A DNA stretch of 64,000 nt, taken from the NCBI RefSeq assembly GCF_018350175.1, contig NC_058373.1, positions 116,314,001-116,378,000 on the forward strand. Direction: 5' to 3'. The translations under genes and the position numbers were made by a program. How positions within the stretch are numbered: the stretch's first letter is position 1; each line of letters opens with the position of its first letter. The notes under the pieces were generated by a model. The model saw only the letters and a list, made by a program, of their open reading frames with translations, did no database searches and was not told the DNA's origin. The stretch is from Felis catus. Its lineage: Eukaryota. Below, one piece after another: positions 56,549 through 64,000 of this stretch.

Positions 56549-58560
56549 TATATTCTATATAGTATATTCTATACTATACTATATATATATATATAGTCAA
56601 CTATATATATATATAGTCAACTTTGTTATTTTTATTGAGATACTGTACATTTTTACTGATTTTTTTTCACTGGGGGGGGTCTATAGTTGTGGATTCATTT
56701 CTCCTTTTAGTTCTATCAAATTTTGGTTTATATATTTTGAGACTACATTTTTAGGTGTATAAAGTTGGAAGATTTGCTTTGACCAATTGATTCCCTTAAT
56801 CATTATGAAATGTCCTTTCCATGTCTAGTAATACCTCTTGCTCTAAAATTTAGTTTATCTGATGTTAGTATAAAGGTTGTGTATTTTAACTGTATCTGTC
56901 CTTTTAGTTTCAACCTTTCTATCTCTTATTTTTAGAGTGTACTCTTATAAACTGCTATGTACTTGGGATTTTTTATTCAGTTTGACCGTCTTTGTCTTTT
57001 AAAGGGAGTATTTAGTCCATTTACATTTAAGATAATTACTGATTTGGGGTGGGCGGGGAGCTTAAATTTACCATCTTTTTGTTCCTTTTTGTCTTACCTT
57101 TCCCGTATATCTTTTCTCTTTTCTTGCCACATTTTGGAATAAGTCATTTGAATTGTTATACCCCTCCTCTTGATTATTACCTACATATCTTTTTAATTAT
57201 CCTCTTAGTGATTATTGAAATTAAAGCTTACCTACCTACTTGGTACCTTACCACCTCTTGGGACTGACTCTATTTCTGCCTTTGTGTCTTTTATGCTGTT
57301 TTGTCATGCCTTTTCAGTTATGTATTTTACCTTTTTTTTTTTTTTTCTTTTTGAGAGAGAACATGAGCAGGGGACAGTGGAGGGAAGGAGAGAGAGGGAG
57401 AGGGAGGGAGAGAGAAAATCTCAAGCAGGCTTCATACTCAGCCCAGAGTCCAACACAGGGCTCGATCTCACAACTGTGAGGTCGTGACCTGAGCCAGAAT
57501 CAAGAGTCAGTCACTTAACTGGCTGAGCCACCCAGACGACCCAGAACTCTGTATGTATTTTAAATTTCAAGGGCATAATTATTTGGTATAATTTATATTA
57601 ATTTAGATTTATCCACTTATTTACTCTTTTCATTGTTCTTTGTTGCTTCTTATATTTTCATGATTTGGGATAATATTTCTTCTGTCTGAAGGACTCCCTT
57701 TACAGTTTCTTGGTCTGCTACTAACAAATCCCGTGAGTTTTTATTTCTCTTGTATGAAAATGTTTGTCTTCAGTTTTTTTTCAGGGGGGACATAGAGTAC
57801 TGAATTGGCAGTTTCTTTCTGCCCTTCAAAAGTATTACCCACAGTTTTCTGATTTCCATGGTTTCTTCTAGTCTTAACTGCTCTTTTCAGAAGCAGTACC
57901 TTTTTATGCCTTTGGTTATTTTTAAGATTTCATTTTCATCTGTAGTTTTTAGTCGTTTTCCATATGTAGCCTCTGTGTCGTTTTCTTCGTATTTATCTTG
58001 CCAAAGTTTTCTTACTGTCCCTTGAATCGTGGCCATTGTCTCTTCAGACATTCCTTTTGACAGATTGTCTTTCTCTCCTCACATTGCAATGACAAAATAT
58101 ATTAAACCTAAAAGTTTTGCTGTGTTTTTATCCCTTATATTTTCTTTTGCATTTCCCGTCTTTAGTCTTTTCATGTTTCAGTCAGAGTTATTTTCCTCTA
58201 TCTACCCTCCTTTATTCCTTTCTTCCTTCACCTGTATCTAATCTTCTGTTAAACTGATCTATTGAGTTCTCAAGTTTTGTAACTGTATTCTTCAGTTCCC
58301 ATTTTTAATATACTTTTCAGTAAACTCTTGACATATTCTCTTATTTAATTTACTAAACATGTGAACTACCGTTATTTTAAAGTTGGTGTCTAACGATTTT
58401 AATATCTGGATCTCTTGAACATGTTTCCTTTGTTCTCTTCTCAGTTTTTATCTTCTTGTACATGTTCATTTCTGGTGTGGACTTGTATATGAAAATGTAT
58501 AGATAATTGAGGCTCTAGATATTACCTTCCTCAAGAAGATTTACTTTTACTTTTGGCAGA
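56300..58560 (-). mobile_element. Old degraded L1M sequence with a (TA)n/(CA)n tract near 56509-56620
   Basis: T-rich antisense L1-like text (ttatgaaatgtcc...tctagtaat, gtatttagtccatttacatttaa); limits approximate. Confidence 0.55.
57333..57542 (-). mobile_element. Can-SINE
   Basis: T tail, AG-rich linker, caagcaggct, gagccacccag. Confidence 0.9.
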
Positions 58561-60253
58561 CCAGGTAGGAAATTAGAGAATGAGCTTTTGGAAAATGGAC
58601 TTCAGTCTCCTGAGGGCTAGTCTGTTGTTTCTAGTTCACCTTTACCCCTGTGCCACAGCCCTTCAGATAGCCAAACCTAAAAGTCTGGGGTTTCACCCAT
58701 GGGGTGTCCTGAATTGCAATTATCGGCACCCCAGCCTTGTGAGAGTCCAGAAGCTCTCTGTTCAGCTCAGCCTCTCAGCCACTGCTTTCAAATTGGCAGA
58801 TATGGCACCAAATATCAGTCATACCTCTCTGGGCTTCCTTTGTGGGGTCTTAGCCTATAAAGTTTTGGTAGTAGCTCCCAGTGCCTTCAAATATACTTCA
58901 TATTTTGTACAGTCCTTTGCATTGTTTTTCATTGGAGATTTGGTCTGCAACTTATTTGCCATTATTGACAGGGGGGGGGGGGGGCGGGGATGGATCTTCT
59001 CTGTCAAGTTTTAATCCTCCTTATGATCAGCCAGCATTCTCACCTCTTTATATCCTAGCGTTATGTTACCTCACTTTGGCTAGCCTTTACCTTGATTTTA
59101 CCTGTGGTGGCATTTCAAGGTCAGCCGGGTCTTACGTTGCTAGCTAACCTGCAGATGTATCCACCTATGGTAGAGAGGGTTGGAGGTGGTGACTGGAGTG
59201 CCCATGGTCTCATGGTATAAACCGAGTCCACGGAGATAGCAGGACCTGAGAGAAAACAGGATCGGTGGCCTCAGAATGTGCGAGTGTGGCAGCTCTTCTG
59301 AAGTTTGTGTCCCATCTAGTACAAAGTGGATTCTAAAGGTAGACCAGACACCTCAGATAAAACAGGGTCTCATTAACATCTTGCATGCTTGCAGGCTCTG
59401 ATTAAATACTAGGTCACATTATTTTTTATTTAGAAATCAGTGTTTTCTCTCCATCACGGCACAGTGGGTTTTTCCATGTTCTCTTTTCTAGGCAATTACT
59501 TTCCTGGCCTGAGGTCCTTATTGACCCTCCTGTATCAGAAGTGACACACTGGGGTGATAACAGCAGCAGTAATAGCAGGGACAACAGAGAGCCAAAGTCC
59601 GTTTCCAGCCCTGACTTTAACTTTTCAATTCATTCTAAACGGAACAACATCTCCATTGGTAGCCTAAGCACTAAAATGCGTTTTCAGGCCAGAATTAAAG
59701 AAACTTCATCTGTCTTTTTTCTGAGCAGGGTGGGATGAGTGTTTGGAGAAATCAAGTGGTTTAATTACTGAAAACCACTCCATCTAGAGGCTTACGTTTC
59801 ATTTTGTGTGACCTTAGACTAGAAATACGGGGCCAGAGAACAGGAGGCAAAAAATAATAGCTCCACTTGAATATTAATTTTTCCTTCCTGGAAACCAGAA
59901 AACTCTCCACTTCCACGAGTTCTGACACGTCCCTAGTTAACAGCTCTATTTTGCAATGCATATTAGGTCACCCTCTGGAAATGCAGGTCAGAAAGAAAAC
60001 GCACCGGTGATCTGGGCCATGGGTGAGAGGGCCAAAGAAATGACAAGTACCGAAACTGGGAGAGCGTCTGTGTCTCCCGTAATTAGATGGTATGGCATAG
60101 CTACCAAGCCACACACACTGGCTCATCTGCCCATGGCCAGCACAGCAAGCCTCATGGAAATTGGGCATTGGGACTAAAAAAATGCAAGATCCTCAGCCCC
60201 ACGTTTCTAGATAACGTGGAGAATGAAGTCAAATTTAGGATGCATTTGTTTTC

Positions 60254-61110
60254 TTATTTATTTATTTAATTTTATTTTTTATTTATTTTTTAAAGTTCAT
60301 TTATTGTATATAATTTATTGTCAGGTTAGCTAACATACATTGTATACAGTGTGTTCTTGGCTTCAGGAATAGATTCCCATGATTTCTCACTTACATACAA
60401 CACCCAGTTCTCATTCCAACAAGTGCGCTCCTCAGTGCCCATCACCCATTTTCCCTGCCCCCCCCCCATTAACCCTCAGTTTGTTCTCTGTATTTAAGAG
60501 TCTCTTATGGTTTGCCTCCCTCTCTGTAACTATTTCTTTTCTTTCCCTTCCCCTGTGGTCTTCTGTTTAATTTCTCAACTTCCACATATGAGTGAAAACG
60601 TATGATACCTGTCTTTCTCTGACTTATTTCATGAGAAGATACTCAACATCACTCATCATCAGGGAAATACAAATCAAAGCCACATTGAGATACCACCTCA
60701 CATCAGTCAGAGTGGCTAAAATTAACAACTTAGGAAACAACACATATTGGCGAGGATGTGGAGAATGGGGAACCCTTTTGCACTGTTGATGGGAATGCAA
60801 ACCGGTGCAGCCACTCTGGAAAACTGTGGAAGTTCCTCAAAATATTAAAAATAGAATTACCCTATGAACCAGCAATAACACTACTAGGAATTTATCCAAA
60901 GGATACTGGAGTGCTGATTCATAGGGGGCACATGTACCCCAATGTTTATAGCAGCGCTGTCAACAATAGCCAAATCATGAAAGGAGCTCAAATGTCCATC
61001 AACTGATGAATGGATAAAGAAGATTTATGATGGAATACGACTTGGCAATGGAAAAGAATGAAATCTTGCCATTTGCAACAACATGGATGGAACCAGAGGG
61101 GATTATGCAA
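60254..61110 (-). mobile_element. 5'-inverted (twin-primed) L1: 3' UTR on minus 60254-60630, inverted ORF2 C-terminus on plus 60631-61110
   Basis: 17-bp TSD aggatgcatttg(t/c)tttc at 60237-60253 and 61111-61127. Plus-strand remnants [16 protein letters not shown] and KIELPYEPAITLLGIYPKD. Confidence 0.9.
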
Positions 61111-63019
61111 AGGATGCATTTGCTTTCATAGTGAAATTGTCATCAGGATCACTTTGTAGATAAAGTTACACAAAGTGTGTTTTTGTTAAGGGAGTAAGAT
61201 TGGCAGAAGAGCTAGAATTTAGAGATGTTCTAGGGAGGGGTAAATTGGCTATCCAAATAGTGTTGGCTTTACAGTTTGTTAGGAGTTAGTACATAAATTT
61301 GGTTTTGTCACAACCTAAGTTTGTGGAAACCTTGTTCTTTCCAGAACCTGACTTCAGAACTAACTAATGATAATGAACATAGAAGATAAATATGTTGATC
61401 AAAATGCCAATTTATTAACTTAGAGTTCTAAAAAAAATAGGGCACTCCCAGCTTCGTCAGAAGATAGACGATAGGCCACATTGACCATCAGAAATGAGTC
61501 TATGGCCATAGAGTTAGAGCACAAGGAAGCCAAACATCATTTGTTTTCTTCCTGGCTTAGAAAATGTGCTTTGTAATTTTTCTACTTTTCTAGTGATATT
61601 TATGTTTGTTAGTTTTAGTTTTTTTATTCTGTGGTGGGAAATACTATCGAATTTTGGGTTTGCTTTTTCCAGACTCCCAAGCAGACCACATTTCTCCTAT
61701 TGTCATATTCTTCAGCTATGTGAATACGACTGTATTAGGCTCCAGCTTTCTCGCACATTCCGATTCCACTTCTGCCTGGACACTTTAACTGGATCACTGC
61801 AACGCCTTGCCCTTGAGGAGGATTGGTCTTAACTACAGGTGTGAATTTTATAATTTAAGTTTGGGAAATCTTTATATTGTAGTTCAGCTGACATAAATTT
61901 ACTAGAACTCCTACCTTATTAGATTTCTAACCAAGAAGAATTTAATTACTGTCTCCAAATGCACCATGAATTTGGGGGAGAGGAAGGACTTTTTCAAAGA
62001 ATGTCTCATTCATAACATTAAGAGCAAATACATGTCTTAAGAGATTAAAAGTAAAGTGTGTTTTTAAAAAGGAAGTTTAAAATGGGTATGCATTTAGCCT
62101 GAAAAGGATGGTTGTAAATACATTGATCTTGGAAATATCCCATATTCAAGAACAGAGAATAAATTACAACGGTAGGCTGATTGGACCAATAGATCTGTCA
62201 GTGAAAAGAAAAGCCTGGCATGTCTATGGCAAAGGACTGATATATGATAACTCTTGCCAGAGTGAAGATTCTGGAAAATAACATTCCATTTCCACTGCAA
62301 GTTACAGTGAAAGGACTCTCTATAATGCTATAATGATTTTCTTTGAAAAGGGTTGATTGCAATAAGATGTGCGTCCCTACTGTGTACAGATAATTCACAA
62401 CAAACCTGCCAGGTGTCTTTACTGTTATCTTACATATGTTGAAATTAAGGGTTAAAAGGTAACTTTCAGGAAAGGATAAAATCATGACTCCTAGGTATAA
62501 AAATGTACACATGTTCAAGACTTTATCTGATGCCTTAATCTGGAGAACTAACCACATGTTATAATAGGTTCAAAGTTAAGTTTTCTAAAAAAGCACAGTT
62601 ACAGGGAGTAAAGGAACATTGAAATGAATTGTAAATTGGAGATCAATTTTTTGTTTTAGAGAGAGGGAGTCATTTGAACCTCTATTAGAAGGGACAGAAT
62701 TTATGTCTTACCAGTTACCAACAGCTTATAAAGTTATAAAATAACTCCCACAGAATCAGAATCTAAGACAGAAGGGTGTGCTGTAGACTATGCATATAGT
62801 TTTCCATTAACATCCAAGTGTTTTCTACCTGATGTTCAGTAATTCACCTGAGATAATACATGTAATAGTGGCATGGTGGAGGCAAATTCCTCACCTCCCC
62901 CCCCCTCCCCCAAGCAGTGTACAGGACGTTTGAATTGCAAGGGAAGTCTTGAGGAGGTCATTGGAGGTTGTTGTGGTAATTCAGTCTTGAGGCAGTTGGC
63001 CTGGACCAAGTTAGTGGCC

Positions 63020-64000
63020 GTAGTGAGTTAGCTTCTGTGGAAGCGGACTCTGAGCCTGCTTTTTGCAAGGAAGTGTATTGGGTCATGCTCTTGGGAACAG
63101 TACGCGTGAGGGAGCACAAGAAGCTGGATTGAACAGAGGAAGAAATTGAACTGTGATGCAGTCAGAACAACGGCTTTAATCGAAGTCCATGGGTGAGCTC
63201 TGGAGCTGGGTGGCCCTTCTGAGATATTCTCAATCAAAACAAGACACCGAGGGCACACTTCTGGGGAGGACAACACTCCTGGCAGGTTGGGGGTAAGATG
63301 ACCCCCATCCTGAAGTGGAATCTGGGCAGAACACCACAGCATCCACTACCCTTCTTGTACTGCTCGTATCCACAGATCTCTTCTTCTGCCCTTTGGAGAT
63401 TTTCTCTTGACTAGCACCTCTCCTAGTCTAGTTGCTTACCTGCTCTTACCCCTAGGTTTACCAGTTGGGGTGATCCAGACTCCCTCATCTTTGAAAGCTC
63501 TAAGCCCCTGGTCTGCCGTGCTCTTCTGAAGCAGTGACTGCTATACTTGACTCTTTTCCATTTGAATTGGGTAAAGGACTACCAGGAGAAACCCTAGTGT
63601 ATCACCTGGATTGTGGGTGTGTTCTCTCCTGCACCTGTTGTGTGACAGCTGCCCTGTGTCTTGATGGTCTAGGTCAATTACCTCCAGTGTGGTGGTGACT
63701 TCTTTCTTAGCCCACTGGTCTCTTAGCACAAAGAAGCCAAAGTGAATAGGTGACAGACAGAGCCTAAAATTGAATGAGATTCTTGCTGTATCCCCTGGTG
63801 GAAGTTTCCCCCACTTTGGAAACCAGGTTCTCTAGACCCAGAGCCTACAGCTATGGGAGTAGGAAGCACAAATTCCCAAAGTGGGTCATTGATGAAGGTG
63901 GTAAATGGAGCCATTCCCATTTCTACCTGTTGGTTCCCAGTCTCATGTATTGTTGGGGTCTCAGGACCACTAGAATGGCCATTGATTGAGGATATATCCT
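63020..64000 (-). mobile_element. ERVL/MaLR fossil: MLT-like LTR (about 63020-63350) plus internal sequence with a dUTPase-like remnant; runs off the window
   Basis: LTR-like motifs (gaagcggactctgag, gaactgtgatgcag, gagctctggagctgg, caccacagcatccactac). Minus remnants APFTTFINDPLWEFVLP and QWAKKEVTTTLEVIDLDHQ...NPGDTLGFLLV resemble the ERV-L post-integrase/dUTPase region. Confidence 0.65.

Noticed and set aside
58580..59147. 144-aa and 88-aa intergenic ORFs
   Set aside because: No recognisable homology or splice structure; adjacent to degraded repeats and of chance length.

Overview
Mammalian genomic DNA, almost certainly from a felid, judged by about 26 tRNA-derived Can-SINEs, several of the young feline SINEC_Fc type. 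The + strand carries the 3' half of PCNX1 (pecanex 1): 20 coding exons from 5537 to the stop at 47278. I checked splice phases by hand and they join into one open frame of 3468 nt (1155 aa plus stop) ending ...[10 protein letters not shown] 3' UTR of about 5 kb follows (likely distal polyA signal 52208-52213), then about 12 kb of repeat-rich intergenic DNA. The gene start lies upstream of the window. Non-canonical splicing features: a U12-type GT-AG intron (19076-19960) with an AATAAA 10 nt inside it, and a GC-AG intron (34272-35045) whose upstream exon, if skipped, gives an immediate stop. A SINE is lodged about 22 nt from a splice acceptor. Repeats include a near full-length Tigger1, two Charlie1-like elements, a 241-bp MITE, solo LTRs, a tailless L1, a twin-primed 5'-inverted L1 and an ERVL/MaLR fossil. 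A 64-nt hairpin is built from two SINE heads. I found no convincing novel protein-coding system; the best leads are RNA-processing and transposon-derived features. Repeat family names are from memory of consensus sequences and need RepeatMasker/Dfam confirmation.
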